64,000 nt of DNA from Gemmatimonadaceae bacterium (GTDB lineage Bacteria; Gemmatimonadota; Gemmatimonadetes; Gemmatimonadales; Gemmatimonadaceae), in NCBI GenBank assembly GCA_051859245.1, contig JBHYGA010000001.1:288001-352000 (forward strand), read 5' to 3'. Below the pieces are notes generated by a model, which did no database searches, had not been told where the DNA came from, and saw nothing but the letters and a program-made list of their open reading frames with translations. The first letter of the stretch is position 1; the number at the start of each line of letters is the position of its first letter. This document shows positions 46,998 to 57,494 of the stretch, piece after piece. Position numbers and translations under genes: made by a program.

Positions 46998-48395
46998 ATG
47001 CAATCTGCCGCAACACTCGTGCTCCTTGCGATACTGCTCGCGCATCCGGTGACCGCTCGCGGCGGCGCCGAACAGGCACCGACTGCCACGCAAGACAGTG
47101 CGGCTCGCGACACGGCAGACAGCCTCACGTCGGCACCTGTCAACACGCCGGAACCTGTCAGCGTACAGCGCGCCGTCACCGACGAGCAGACACGCAACGA
47201 GTTGCAGGCGCTGTACGATCGTGTGCCGTCACTCAGTCGCATCACGGTCGGGGTTGACGCCGGTGTGGTGCGGCTTGATGGAGTGGTGGTCGATGCCGAG
47301 GACCGGAAGCGCGCGGCCGAGCTCGCCGCGTCCATGGATAACGTGCGCTTTGTCGACAATCGCGTCACCGAGTCCACCTCGCTCGAAGAACAGTTGCGAC
47401 CAACCTGGGCGCGACTTCGTGAACTTGCGTACGGCACGCTGGCGAAGTTGCCACTGCTCGTTGTGGCGGTCGTAATTCTGGCGCTGGCCATCGCCGGCGG
47501 TTCGCTACTCGCGCGATGGAGCGGACCGTCCTTTCTGCGGGCCCGCAATCCATTTCTGCAAGGACTCATCCGTCGCGCACTGCAAGCGATTCTCGTGGTA
47601 CTGGGCTTGTTGCTCGCGCTCGACTTGCTGGGTGCCACCGCACTTGTCGGCGCCGTGGTTGGTACGGCGGGTCTGGCCGGTCTGGCCATTGGCCTCGCCT
47701 TCAAAGACATCGCCGAGAACTATCTCGCCGGTACTTTGCTCGCGTTGCGACAGCCGTTTGCGCAGAACGATCAGATTCGCGTGGATGTGTTCGAGGGCAA
47801 AGTGGTGCGCCTCACGCCCCGCGAAACAATTCTCATGACGGCCGACGGCAATCATGTGCGATTGCCCAACGCCATGATCTTTCGCAGTGCGCTCATCAAC
47901 TTCACACGCAATCCGAAACGGCGTTTTGAGTTTGCGGCCGGCATTGGAACGCACGACGATCTTGTGCGGGCGCGTGACGTTGGTGTGTCCGCGCTGCTTG
48001 CGACCGAAGGCGTGCTAAGCGATCCGCCGCCCGAGGTGCTCGTGACCGCGCTGGGTGACTCCAGCGTGACCATGAGTTTTGCCGGCTGGCTCGATCAACA
48101 CCAAACCGAATACGCGCGGGTGCGCAGCGAGGCGATTCGCCTCGTCAAAGCGCACCTCGAAGACGCAGGCATCACGATGCCATCACCGGAGTACTCGGTC
48201 GCGATGCGGGGCGGTGCGGCGTCAACACTCGAGCGCGCCGATGAGAAACGCGCCGTGTCGCCGTCGCGGGACCGCACGCGCGCCGCAACCGATGTCTCGG
48301 TCGATCGCACGCTCGATCATCAGATCGAAGCGGATCGACGTCACGCCGACGAAGATGATCTGCTCGATAAGACGAAAGCGCCGCCCGCTCAGTGA
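46998..48395 (+). CDS. BON-domain-containing MscS-family mechanosensitive channel
   Basis: Signal peptide, BON (VDAGVVRLDG), TM helices, GLAIGLAFKDIAENY and GNHVRLPN. Confidence 0.9.
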   Translation: MQSAATLVLLAILLAHPVTARGGAEQAPTATQDSAARDTADSLTSAPVNTPEPVSVQRAVTDEQTRNELQALYDRVPSLSRITVGVDAGVVRLDGVVVDAEDRKRAAELAASMDNVRFVDNRVTESTSLEEQLRPTWARLRELAYGTLAKLPLLVVAVVILALAIAGGSLLARWSGPSFLRARNPFLQGLIRRALQAILVVLGLLLALDLLGATALVGAVVGTAGLAGLAIGLAFKDIAENYLAGTLLALRQPFAQNDQIRVDVFEGKVVRLTPRETILMTADGNHVRLPNAMIFRSALINFTRNPKRRFEFAAGIGTHDDLVRARDVGVSALLATEGVLSDPPPEVLVTALGDSSVTMSFAGWLDQHQTEYARVRSEAIRLVKAHLEDAGITMPSPEYSVAMRGGAASTLERADEKRAVSPSRDRTRAATDVSVDRTLDHQIEADRRHADEDDLLDKTKAPPAQ

Positions 48396-48796
48396 CTGGA
48401 GTCCGTCGCCTCGAGCGATGAGCCCGCGTGGTGTCTGACGAGCAACACATCCGTTGCGAATGCGAGTAGCACGCCGATCGTGTAACAGACCAGATCACTC
48501 CACAAGAAACCGTGGCCGAGTGCCAACGCGCCGATTCGGGTGGCCCGCAGTGCATCGATCCATGGTGCGCGATACAGTTGATTCAACTCCACCGCGAACG
48601 AAATCAACAGGGCAGCGACCGCGAGATGACGTCGTGCCGCATGCGGTCGAACGAGCGCCGCCATCCAGAACATCATGGCGGCCCAGAGCGTGTCGCCCCC
48701 GTACTGCGCCGCGAGCGTCGGGAACGCGGCCGGGAATCGACGCGTCGCCAGGCCGAGCGCGATGGTCGCGAATAGCAGCCCGAGGCGGCGAATCAT
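48389..48796 (-). CDS. DUF2809 (YjgA-like) membrane protein
   Basis: YGGDTLWA, VELNQLY and LALGHGFLWSDLVCY motifs. Confidence 0.85.
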   Translation of the reverse strand: MIRRLGLLFATIALGLATRRFPAAFPTLAAQYGGDTLWAAMMFWMAALVRPHAARRHLAVAALLISFAVELNQLYRAPWIDALRATRIGALALGHGFLWSDLVCYTIGVLLAFATDVLLVRHHAGSSLEATDSSH

Positions 48797-49054
48797 CCGC
48801 AGAAGACGGGGCAATGGCGAGGGCGCATGGTACCGGCGAACGGTTCAGGGTTGAATAAGGGCGCGCTCACGCACGCAAACTCGACAAAACGGATGAGGGT
48901 CACCACGTTTGCCCCTCGCTGCGCGTACTACCATTGTACAGTGTTGCCGCGCCGACCCGTCGACGCGTTCCGCAGGCGGAGCAGGCGCCTGGCTCGTTCG
49001 ATCCCACCTTACGGCCGTCCTGCTGCTACGGCCATCTTTTTTGCGGAGTATGTC

Positions 49055-52000
49055 GTGAGAGCATTGCGCTCATTCCTGGGCCTCGGCCTTCTGCTCGCCA
49101 GCGCACCGCTGGGCAGCGGCCTCAGCGCCCAGCAGTCCTCCCGGACTGAACCCGTCACCGGTCTGCGCGACAACGGCACCGGCTTCCACGCGCTGACCGG
49201 AGCACGCGTTGTCACCGCCCCCGGCCAGACGATCGAGAACGCCACGATTGTGATCCGGAACGGTGTGATCACCGCCGTGGGCGCGAATGTGGCCGCTCCG
49301 GCCGGCGCCCGGGTATGGGATCTCAAGGGCCAGACCGTCTACCCGGGCTTCATTGACGCCCACGCAGACCTTGGCGTGGGCGAGGTGCCGCAGGGCGGCG
49401 ACGTGGGCCCCACGCACTGGAATCCGCAGGTGCGCGCCTGGTACAGCACCACGGCCAACTTCAAAGACGACTCCGCGCGCCGTGTGGCGCTGCGCTCGCT
49501 CGGCTTTGGCGCCGCCTTGGCGGTGCCCAAGCAGGGCATCTTCCGCGGCAAGGCCTCGGTGATCAACCTGGCCGACGCCGGCGCGCGTGATCGCGTGCTC
49601 CGCGCCGACCTGCTGCAGTCGGTTGGCTACCAGCGGTCGTTTACCCTCGGTGGTACGTACCCGAACAGTTCCATGGGCACCGTCGCGTTGATGAAGCAGA
49701 CGTTCATGGATGCCGAGTGGTACATCCGCGCCCGCGCGGCCTATGAAAACGGCGGACGCGCCAGCCTGCCCCCGGAGACCAGTGAAGCGCTCGCGGCACT
49801 GGCGAATGTCGTGCAGGGCAAGCAGCCGGTGCTCTTCCAGACGGAAAGCGAAGAGGAATACCTGCGCGCGCACAAGATCGCTGGCGAGTACAAGCTCGTG
49901 CCGTGGTTCCGCGGCAGTGGGCAGGAGTATCGCCTAGTGGACGTGCTGAAGGGACGCACCAACCCGCTCATCATCCCGATCAACTTTCCCGACGCACCCG
50001 ATGTCGCCACGCCGGAAGCGGCGCTCGGTGCGTCGCTCGCGCAGCTTCGTCACTGGTACCTCGCGCCAACGAACCCGGCGCAGCTCGCAAACGCGGGTGT
50101 TTCGTTCGCGATTACGAGCGATGGTTTGTCGTCACTCACGCAGTTCCTGCCCAACTTGCGCGTTGCGGTGTCGCGCGGCCTCACCGCCGACAAAGCACTG
50201 GCCGCGCTCACCACCGTTCCCGCAACCTGGCTCGGCATTGAACGCACGCACGGCACGATTGCAGTAGGCAAAGTTGCCAACCTCGTGGTGGCCGACGGCA
50301 ATCTGTTCACCGAAGAGTCGAGTGTGCGCGACGTGTGGGTGCAGGGCACGCGCTACGGCGTCACGCGTCCACCGCAGATCGATCCGCGTGGTACGTGGTC
50401 GATTGCGTCCGACGACGAGTTCGGATTCAAGGCGACGCTGCGTCTCGAAGGTCCGCTGAACCGCATTCGTGGCACGATCGAACGCGAAGGGCGCACGGCG
50501 ATCACGCTGTCCACCGCACAGGTAGTCGCCGAAACGGGACGTCTTCAGGTCACGTTCGATGGCGAGCGTCTTGGCTACGAAGGCAAGATTCTGATGTCAG
50601 GCAACGTGCGCGGCGAAGAGTTCTACGGCTGGACGTCATTGCCAAACGGCTCGGATCCTTCATTCCGTGGTACGCGAACGGAAAAGTTTGAAGGTGCGGC
50701 GCGTGGCACGATCGCCATGAAAGTGCCGCAGATTGATCTGCCGTGGATTCGTCCCATGATGGAATACGGTCGCGCGACGCAACCTGAGCAGCCGGCAGTG
50801 GTTGTGGTCCGCAATGCCACCGTGTGGACGCAGGGACCGCAGGGCCGCCTGGAAAATGCCGACTTGCTCGTACGCGCGGGCAAGGTGGTGCAGGTGGGCA
50901 CCAAGCTGAACGCGCCGAGTGGTGCCGTTGAGATCGATGCCACCGGCAAGCATGTCACACCGGGCCTCATTGATCCGCACACGCACACCGGTGTGAGTGC
51001 GGTGAACGAAAGCGGTTTTGCAATCGTGCCGGAAGTGAACATGGGTGATGTGCTCACGCACAACAACATCTGGATGTACCGTCAGCTTGCGGGCGGACTC
51101 ACCGCACAGATGGTCAAGCACGGTTCCGCGAATCCGATTGGCGGTGAGAACGTGTTTGTAAAGTCGCGTTGGGGTTCGTTGCCGGAAGATCTCAAGATCG
51201 AAGGCGCGCCGCGCACAGTGAAGTTCGCGCTTGGTGAAAATCCAAAGCGCAGCCCAACGCGCTACCCGAATACGCGCATGGGCGTGCAGGAAATCATTCG
51301 CGATCATTTCCTCGCGGCGCGTGATTACGAGAAGGAGTGGAAGCGTTGGGAGGCGGACAAAACGGGTATCCCGCCGCGCAAGGATCTCCGCATGGAAGCG
51401 ATCCTCGACATTCTCAATCAGAAGCTGCTCATCTCGTCGCACGGCTATCGCGCGGACGAGTTCCTCGCGCTCGTGCGCCTGGCCGAAGAGTTTGGCTTCA
51501 AGGTGCAGACGCTGCAGCATGGCGTGGAAGCGTACAAGATTGCCACAGAGCTCAAGAATGCCGGCGTGGCCGCTGTGGTGTGGAGCGACTGGGGCGCATT
51601 CAAGCTTGAGTCGTATGACGCCACATCGTACAACGCGCGCTTGCTCATGGAAGCGGGTGTCGTCACGTCGCTGCATTCCGACGACGCCGAAATCTCCACG
51701 CGCATGAACTGGGAAGCCGGCAAGTTGCTGCGCTCCGGCGTGGAAGAAGTGATGGCGTTGTCGACCGTGACGAATCAGGCTGCTAAGGCCGTTGCGATCG
51801 ACAATCGCATTGGTTCACTCGAAGCGGGCAAAGACGCGGACTTTGTGATCTGGAACGGCAATCCATTGTCGCAGTTCACCAAGGCGGAACAGACATGGGT
51901 TGACGGACGTCGCTACTTCTCACTGGAAGAAGACGCGAAGTTGCGCGCCGATATTGCGCGTCAGCGTACGCAGCTCATTCAGGCGATCCTGACGGCCGGA

Positions 52001-52057
52001 TCAGAAACGCCAGCCGCAGCAGGTCCGGCGCGCGGGCGTGGACCGGGAGGCAAGTAA
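49055..52057 (+). CDS. Exported double-domain amidohydrolase
   Basis: GGAG RBS before GTG 49055; signal peptide; two amidohydrolase modules (PGFIDAHAD and PGLIDPHTH) with a beta-rich linker. Confidence 0.9.
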   Translation: MRALRSFLGLGLLLASAPLGSGLSAQQSSRTEPVTGLRDNGTGFHALTGARVVTAPGQTIENATIVIRNGVITAVGANVAAPAGARVWDLKGQTVYPGFIDAHADLGVGEVPQGGDVGPTHWNPQVRAWYSTTANFKDDSARRVALRSLGFGAALAVPKQGIFRGKASVINLADAGARDRVLRADLLQSVGYQRSFTLGGTYPNSSMGTVALMKQTFMDAEWYIRARAAYENGGRASLPPETSEALAALANVVQGKQPVLFQTESEEEYLRAHKIAGEYKLVPWFRGSGQEYRLVDVLKGRTNPLIIPINFPDAPDVATPEAALGASLAQLRHWYLAPTNPAQLANAGVSFAITSDGLSSLTQFLPNLRVAVSRGLTADKALAALTTVPATWLGIERTHGTIAVGKVANLVVADGNLFTEESSVRDVWVQGTRYGVTRPPQIDPRGTWSIASDDEFGFKATLRLEGPLNRIRGTIEREGRTAITLSTAQVVAETGRLQVTFDGERLGYEGKILMSGNVRGEEFYGWTSLPNGSDPSFRGTRTEKFEGAARGTIAMKVPQIDLPWIRPMMEYGRATQPEQPAVVVVRNATVWTQGPQGRLENADLLVRAGKVVQVGTKLNAPSGAVEIDATGKHVTPGLIDPHTHTGVSAVNESGFAIVPEVNMGDVLTHNNIWMYRQLAGGLTAQMVKHGSANPIGGENVFVKSRWGSLPEDLKIEGAPRTVKFALGENPKRSPTRYPNTRMGVQEIIRDHFLAARDYEKEWKRWEADKTGIPPRKDLRMEAILDILNQKLLISSHGYRADEFLALVRLAEEFGFKVQTLQHGVEAYKIATELKNAGVAAVVWSDWGAFKLESYDATSYNARLLMEAGVVTSLHSDDAEISTRMNWEAGKLLRSGVEEVMALSTVTNQAAKAVAIDNRIGSLEAGKDADFVIWNGNPLSQFTKAEQTWVDGRRYFSLEEDAKLRADIARQRTQLIQAILTAGSETPAAAGPARGRGPGGK

Positions 52058-52059
52058 CC

Positions 52060-53487
52060 ATGACTTATACCGAGACCTTCACCATGAACCACAGCGATTC
52101 CATGACCAGTCAGCCGAGAGCGCGCATGAACGCGATGCGCGTGGCGGCGCTCGCGCTGGCCGCGAGCGCGGGTGGTGTGTTTGCACCAACCGTCGCGCAG
52201 GCGCAGGTGCGCATGACTGTGGCGCCACAGGAAGTGCCCGTTGTATTGCGCGGCGCAACGATTCACACCGTCACGAACGGTGTGATTCAGAACGGCATGA
52301 TCGTGATGGATCGCGGCAAGATTACGGCGATCGGCACAAACGTGGAGATTCCGCGCGGCGCGAAAGTTGTTGACGTCACGGGTAAGCACATCTATCCCGG
52401 CCTTATTGATGCGTACAGCACCGTGGGCATCACGGAAATCGGTTCTGTTGATGTGTCAAACGACATCACCGAGCTCGGCGATTTCAATCCGAACGTGCGC
52501 GCTGAAGTGGCGGTGAACGCAGAAAGCCGGCACATCGGTACCACGCGTTCCGCGGGTGTGCTGGTCGCGTTCAGTACGCCAGAAGGCGGCGTAATTTCTG
52601 GCCTGTCCTCGGCGATGTCGCTGGAAGGGTGGACGTGGGAAGAGATGTCCATGAAGGGCGCGGCGGCGATGAACGTGCAGTGGCCCGATCCGAACGCGCG
52701 TCCGCGTCGCTTTGGTGGTGGTGGTGGACCGCCGGGTGGTCCGGGTGCGCGTGCACCGCAGCCGGCGCCCAAGACGTACGCCGAGCAGGTGGAAGAGATC
52801 AAGAGTTTCTTTGGTGAAGCGCGTGCGTATCGTGACGCTGTGGCCGCGGGTCAGCCATTCCGCACCGACTCGCGTTACGCGGCCATGATCCCGGCGCTCA
52901 GAGGTGACATTCCAGTGGTTGTCGCCGCAGAGGGCGTGGCGCAGATCAATGACGCGATCACGTGGGGTAAGGAAGAAGGACTCAAGATTGTGATTCGCGG
53001 CGGTCGCGACGCCATTCATGTGGCCGAGCGTTTGAAAGCGGAGAACGTGCCCGTGATTCTGACGTCAACAATGGCTGCACCGAATCGTGACTACGAAGGC
53101 TATGACGGAGCGTACAGCTCGCCGGCGAAACTGCACGCCGCCGGTGTGAAGTTCGCGATTGCCGGTGGATCAGGCGCACTGTATAGCTACCGCTTGCCGT
53201 GGGAAGCGGGCGTGGCTGTGGCGTTTGGTTTGCCGGAAGAAGAGGCGCTCAAGGCGGTCACAATCAATGCCGCCGAGTTCATGGGTATTGCCGATAAAGT
53301 GGGTTCACTTGAAGTGGGCAAGGAAGCCACGTTGCTGATTACCACTGGGACGCCGCTCGACATGACCACGAACATTTCGCAGTCGTACATTCAGGGCCGC
53401 GAAATCGACATGAACGACATTCAGAAGCACTTCTTCAAGAAGTACATGGAGAAGATCAAGCAGCAGATGAAGAAGATTACGAGCTGA
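52060..53487 (+). CDS. Exported amidohydrolase-family protein with degenerate metal site
   Basis: Signal-like N-terminus; PGLIDAYST in place of HxH; GSLEVGKEA. Confidence 0.88.
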   Translation: MTYTETFTMNHSDSMTSQPRARMNAMRVAALALAASAGGVFAPTVAQAQVRMTVAPQEVPVVLRGATIHTVTNGVIQNGMIVMDRGKITAIGTNVEIPRGAKVVDVTGKHIYPGLIDAYSTVGITEIGSVDVSNDITELGDFNPNVRAEVAVNAESRHIGTTRSAGVLVAFSTPEGGVISGLSSAMSLEGWTWEEMSMKGAAAMNVQWPDPNARPRRFGGGGGPPGGPGARAPQPAPKTYAEQVEEIKSFFGEARAYRDAVAAGQPFRTDSRYAAMIPALRGDIPVVVAAEGVAQINDAITWGKEEGLKIVIRGGRDAIHVAERLKAENVPVILTSTMAAPNRDYEGYDGAYSSPAKLHAAGVKFAIAGGSGALYSYRLPWEAGVAVAFGLPEEEALKAVTINAAEFMGIADKVGSLEVGKEATLLITTGTPLDMTTNISQSYIQGREIDMNDIQKHFFKKYMEKIKQQMKKITS

Positions 53488-53492
53488 CGTCG

Positions 53493-54038
53493 TCAGCCGA
53501 AGACGCGCAGCTCCAACCGCGTGTCTTCGGCGTCACTCGCAAGGATGTGTGCGACCGCCGCCCCATCGAGATGCACCACGGTCTCAGGACGCGTAGGTGC
53601 CCGCAGTTCAAGGAGCCGCCACCCCTGAGTGTCGGCTCCTTTTACGTGCAGCCGCGCGCCTGGCACCTGTAGCGTGAGCAACGATTCAAGCTGCGTTTCC
53701 CAGCCCTCGGAATACGTGGGGTCAAGCGAAAGCTGACCGGCGGAACCCTCGGCCTGCGCGCGATGTTGTGGGTCGTGCGTGAGCCGCCAGCGTCCGCGCA
53801 CAACGCGCCGATGCGCTCCCGATGTGAAGACCAACTCACCAGGCCAGTGGTGCTGGTCGAGTGTTCGCGCACGCGCGCGCTCCGGCGCTTCGACTGGGTC
53901 CTGCCCGTCTTCAGGACTACCAGCGCGCGATCGAAGGCGGCGCAGGCGTGAGGCGCGGGCCGTGCCGTCAACCGCGATTGGGCGCGCGGGCCAGGCGCCG
54001 AGCAGTAGCACGAGAAGCGACGAGAGCAGTCGGGGCAT
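53493..54038 (-). CDS. Hypothetical protein
   Basis: ORF fills the gap; hydrophobic N-terminus; no recognised motif. Confidence 0.5.
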   Translation of the reverse strand: MPRLLSSLLVLLLGAWPARPIAVDGTARASRLRRLRSRAGSPEDGQDPVEAPERARARTLDQHHWPGELVFTSGAHRRVVRGRWRLTHDPQHRAQAEGSAGQLSLDPTYSEGWETQLESLLTLQVPGARLHVKGADTQGWRLLELRAPTRPETVVHLDGAAVAHILASDAEDTRLELRVFG

Positions 54039-54098
54039 ATAGACAATTTAGTCACGTCGCGCTCGCGCCTCGCCCCGGCGAGATGTAAGATTTGCCGC

Positions 54099-55511
54099 GT
54101 GACTTCGCACACCGGCCTCGCGGCGGCCATTTCGGACCGCTATACCATCCTTCGTGAAGTTGGCGTGGGTGGCATGGCGACGGTTTTTCTGGCGGAAGAC
54201 CGCAAGCACGATCGCAAGGTCGCACTCAAGGTGCTTAAGCCGGAGCTGGCCGCGGCCCTGGGCGCCGACCGGTTTCCGCGCGAAATCAAGACGGTCGCAC
54301 AGTTCAATCACCCGCACATTCTTTCCCTGTACGACTCGGGTGAGGTGCAGGGCTTTTTGTACTACGTGATGCCATTCGTGGAGGGCGAGTCGCTGCGCGA
54401 GCGGCTTGATCGCGAAAAGCAGCTGCCCATCAACGATGTGGTGCGCATCATGCACGAAGTGGCCGACGCACTCACGTATTCGCACGCGCGCGGCGTGGTG
54501 CATCGGGACATCAAGCCGGGCAATGTGTTGCTGTCAGGACGACACGCCGTGGTCACGGATTTTGGCGTGGCCAAAGCGGTGAGTGTTTCGGGCACTGACA
54601 AAGCGACGACCACCGGAATGGCAGTAGGAACGCCGCAATACATGGCACCAGAGCAGGCCATGGGTGAGGCGGACGTTGATCATCGCGCCGACATCTACGC
54701 ACTTGGATTGCTGGCGTATGAAATGTTGGCGGGGCGACCGGTGTTCGAAGCGCCTACGGCGCAGGCCATGTTGGCGGCTCAGGTGATGGAAGTGCCGCCC
54801 GACATTCGTACACTACGGTCGAACACGCCGCCGCTGCTGGCGGATGCAGTCATGCGTTGTCTCGCAAAAAATCGTGCGGATCGGTGGCAAAGTGCAGACG
54901 AGTTGGTGACGGCCATTGAAGCAATTCAAACATCGCCAAGTGGTGGCATGACGCCGGCCCAAACGGCACCGCATAAGGCCACGGCGGTCAAGCCGAAGCA
55001 GTCGCGCGGCCTGCTGGTGGGCGCGGTCGTCGGTGTCCTCGTTGTTGGTGGTGCGCTCGGCACTTTCCTTCTCAATCGCGATAACGGTAGCACCGCGGCA
55101 CGTATTGATAAGATGGGCGTGATGCCCATCGAGGATATTTCTGGGCAGGATTCAGTATTTGTCACCGCCATGCACGACGCACTCACCAACGCGCTCACGC
55201 GTGCCAACGTCGTGGGTGTTGCGTCACGTTCGGCGATGATGCGCTATAGCAAGAGCGACAAAACCACCGAAGTGATCGCGAAAGAACTTGCACTTGGTGC
55301 GATCGTCGAAGCAACGGTGTTTCGTACCGGTGATGTCATGCGTATCAATGTGCAGCTCAGTGATCCTGTGACAACGCGCGTCCTCTGGTCGGATACGTAT
55401 GAACGCGATGTCAGCAACGTGCTCGCGGCGCAAAACGAAGTGGTCACGCTCGTGGCGACCGGTATCAGCGGTGCGTTGAGCGGAACGCCGAATCCAGGAG
55501 ACAGGGAATGA
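54099..55511 (+). CDS. Transmembrane Hanks-type Ser/Thr kinase with TolB-N-like C-terminal domain
   Basis: GVGGMA, VALK, HRDIKPGN, DFG and GTPQYMAPE; TM helix; GVMPIED...RINVQL...LWSDTYER. Confidence 0.93.
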   Translation: MTSHTGLAAAISDRYTILREVGVGGMATVFLAEDRKHDRKVALKVLKPELAAALGADRFPREIKTVAQFNHPHILSLYDSGEVQGFLYYVMPFVEGESLRERLDREKQLPINDVVRIMHEVADALTYSHARGVVHRDIKPGNVLLSGRHAVVTDFGVAKAVSVSGTDKATTTGMAVGTPQYMAPEQAMGEADVDHRADIYALGLLAYEMLAGRPVFEAPTAQAMLAAQVMEVPPDIRTLRSNTPPLLADAVMRCLAKNRADRWQSADELVTAIEAIQTSPSGGMTPAQTAPHKATAVKPKQSRGLLVGAVVGVLVVGGALGTFLLNRDNGSTAARIDKMGVMPIEDISGQDSVFVTAMHDALTNALTRANVVGVASRSAMMRYSKSDKTTEVIAKELALGAIVEATVFRTGDVMRINVQLSDPVTTRVLWSDTYERDVSNVLAAQNEVVTLVATGISGALSGTPNPGDRE

Positions 55512-57469
55512 AGCGGAGTGTTCTTGTGTGTATGTTGACGCTGGTTGCGGCGTGCAACGGGGATCGAGACGTACCGGCCGACGAATTGCCGGAGACGGTC
55601 GCATTGTCTCCCGACAGCGCACAACACGCCGGCCACGCATTCTCAAGCGATGGACAGCGCATCGCATACTGGACACCAGCGACCGACTCAACAACGAACT
55701 GGCTGCTTACGGTCGCCAACGCCGACCTGAGCGATGCGAAGCCCCTTGCCGTGCGCTCCGCTTTTCCGGACTGGATCTTATGGCGTCACGACGGAGCCCA
55801 GCTCGCCTCCGTCTCATCGCAGTATGGCACGGCGGACATCGTACTCGTCACGCTCAGCACTGGCGAAGTACAGCGCGTGACGCAGGACGCAGGAATTGAA
55901 ATTCCACAAGGGTGGACAACCGACGGCCGCGCGCTGTCGTACATGCGTTCGTCTTCCGACGGCTCGTTTCGCACCGATGTACTCTCGCTTGTGGATGGTG
56001 CACGTCGCCCCATGTTGCCCGGCGAATCGCGTCCCCACATCGGCTTTCCGTCGCCGGACGGTTCGCACGTGATGTACATGCTGGGTGACGGCTCAAGCTA
56101 TACGATCGGGGTCGCGGATAGCCTTGGTGCCAATCGCCGGCAACTGACCACAGAAGGATTCGAAGAAATTGTGCGGAATCCGTGGTCACCAGACGGCAAG
56201 TCTATTCTCTACGTCTCCAGGCGTACCGGTACCTCCGACCTGTGGATCGCGCCGATTGATGGAAGCGCACCGCGCCAGCTGACGCGCAATGTACGCAACG
56301 ATTTTGAAGGCGCCTGGTCGCCCGACGGCCAATGGATTGCATTTCTCTCTGATCGCGGGAAGCAGACGGATGTCTGGATTGTACCCGCAGCGGGCGGCGA
56401 AGAGCGCCGCGTGACCAATAGCGCTGCGGAAGAGCGCGCACCACTGGCCTGGCGTGCAGGAACGAACGAACTGACGTTCAACGTGACGAGTGAGCGCAGT
56501 GAGTTGTGGGCGGTGGATGTGGAGAGTGGTCAGGAACGGCAGCTGACCGCTGACTCGCTTCGCCTGAGTGATTTCTGGGTGTCACCGGATGGACGGGATG
56601 TGGCCATCATCGTTGAACGCGGTGGAGGTGTACGCGAGCTCGCGATGGTGCCCGTGATGGGTGGGGTCGCTCGCACACTCGTTTCGAATCAGGCACGGAT
56701 TGCTCGTCCGCTGTTTTCGCCAGACGGATCGAAGCTGGTGTACTCGTCGGATGTGGGCGGCACGGACGATGTCTGGGTTGTAGATGTACAGGGAGGCGCG
56801 GCGCGTCAGCTGACCAACTGGCCCGGCATTGAACGAAGTCCGGTCTGGAGCGAAAACGGCTCCGAGCTCCTGTTTCTATCCGACCGTGACACGCGGTTGT
56901 ACGACGTCTGGAAAGTGCCAGCTTCCGGTGGCGATCCGGTGCGCGTCACACGCGACGGTGGATTGGTGGAACTGCTGGCTCGAGCCGGTTTTCCCGGGAC
57001 CTACGTGTCACGCATCAGCACAAAAGCCGGACAGATCGGATTGTCGCGACTGCAGGATGATGGAAGCTTGCAAACCGTTTGGGACGATTCAAACACCGAG
57101 CGCCTGCTTCCGCTCAGTGCGGATTCCATGCTGGCAATGGTTGAACAAGCCGACGGAACGATTCGCGGCATGATCCTCTCTGTTTCCGGCGGCGGCGGAC
57201 GCATTATTCTCAAGCCCAATGAGCGCCTGTCATGGTCATCGAGTGACGGCCGGACGCTCGTGTTCAGCACGCCGGTGAATGGTGCCAACGATCTCGCGCT
57301 GCTCAACATATCTGACGGTAGCGTACGACAGCTTGTCAGCTCGCCCGAGGATGAGCAGGGAGCCGAGATCACGCGGGACAATAAGACAGTCGTGTTTATG
57401 CGCAATCAGGCAATCCAACGCATTCATACGGCAGATCTGACACGACTGTTGAGCAAGCCCGTTCGATAG
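55508..57469 (+). CDS. PD40/TolB-like beta-propeller lipoprotein
   Basis: Lipobox VAAC; many WSPDG/FSPDG and RQLT repeats; ATGA overlap with the kinase. Confidence 0.9.
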   Translation: MKRSVLVCMLTLVAACNGDRDVPADELPETVALSPDSAQHAGHAFSSDGQRIAYWTPATDSTTNWLLTVANADLSDAKPLAVRSAFPDWILWRHDGAQLASVSSQYGTADIVLVTLSTGEVQRVTQDAGIEIPQGWTTDGRALSYMRSSSDGSFRTDVLSLVDGARRPMLPGESRPHIGFPSPDGSHVMYMLGDGSSYTIGVADSLGANRRQLTTEGFEEIVRNPWSPDGKSILYVSRRTGTSDLWIAPIDGSAPRQLTRNVRNDFEGAWSPDGQWIAFLSDRGKQTDVWIVPAAGGEERRVTNSAAEERAPLAWRAGTNELTFNVTSERSELWAVDVESGQERQLTADSLRLSDFWVSPDGRDVAIIVERGGGVRELAMVPVMGGVARTLVSNQARIARPLFSPDGSKLVYSSDVGGTDDVWVVDVQGGAARQLTNWPGIERSPVWSENGSELLFLSDRDTRLYDVWKVPASGGDPVRVTRDGGLVELLARAGFPGTYVSRISTKAGQIGLSRLQDDGSLQTVWDDSNTERLLPLSADSMLAMVEQADGTIRGMILSVSGGGGRIILKPNERLSWSSSDGRTLVFSTPVNGANDLALLNISDGSVRQLVSSPEDEQGAEITRDNKTVVFMRNQAIQRIHTADLTRLLSKPVR

Positions 57470-57494
57470 TCATTCAACAATTTCCGAGAGAACA

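Noticed and set aside
55508..57469. Propeller as the PAL lyase partner of the PHM-like enzyme, or as an S9 peptidase
   Set aside because: Repeats are PD40/TolB type rather than NHL, and there is no alpha/beta-hydrolase domain
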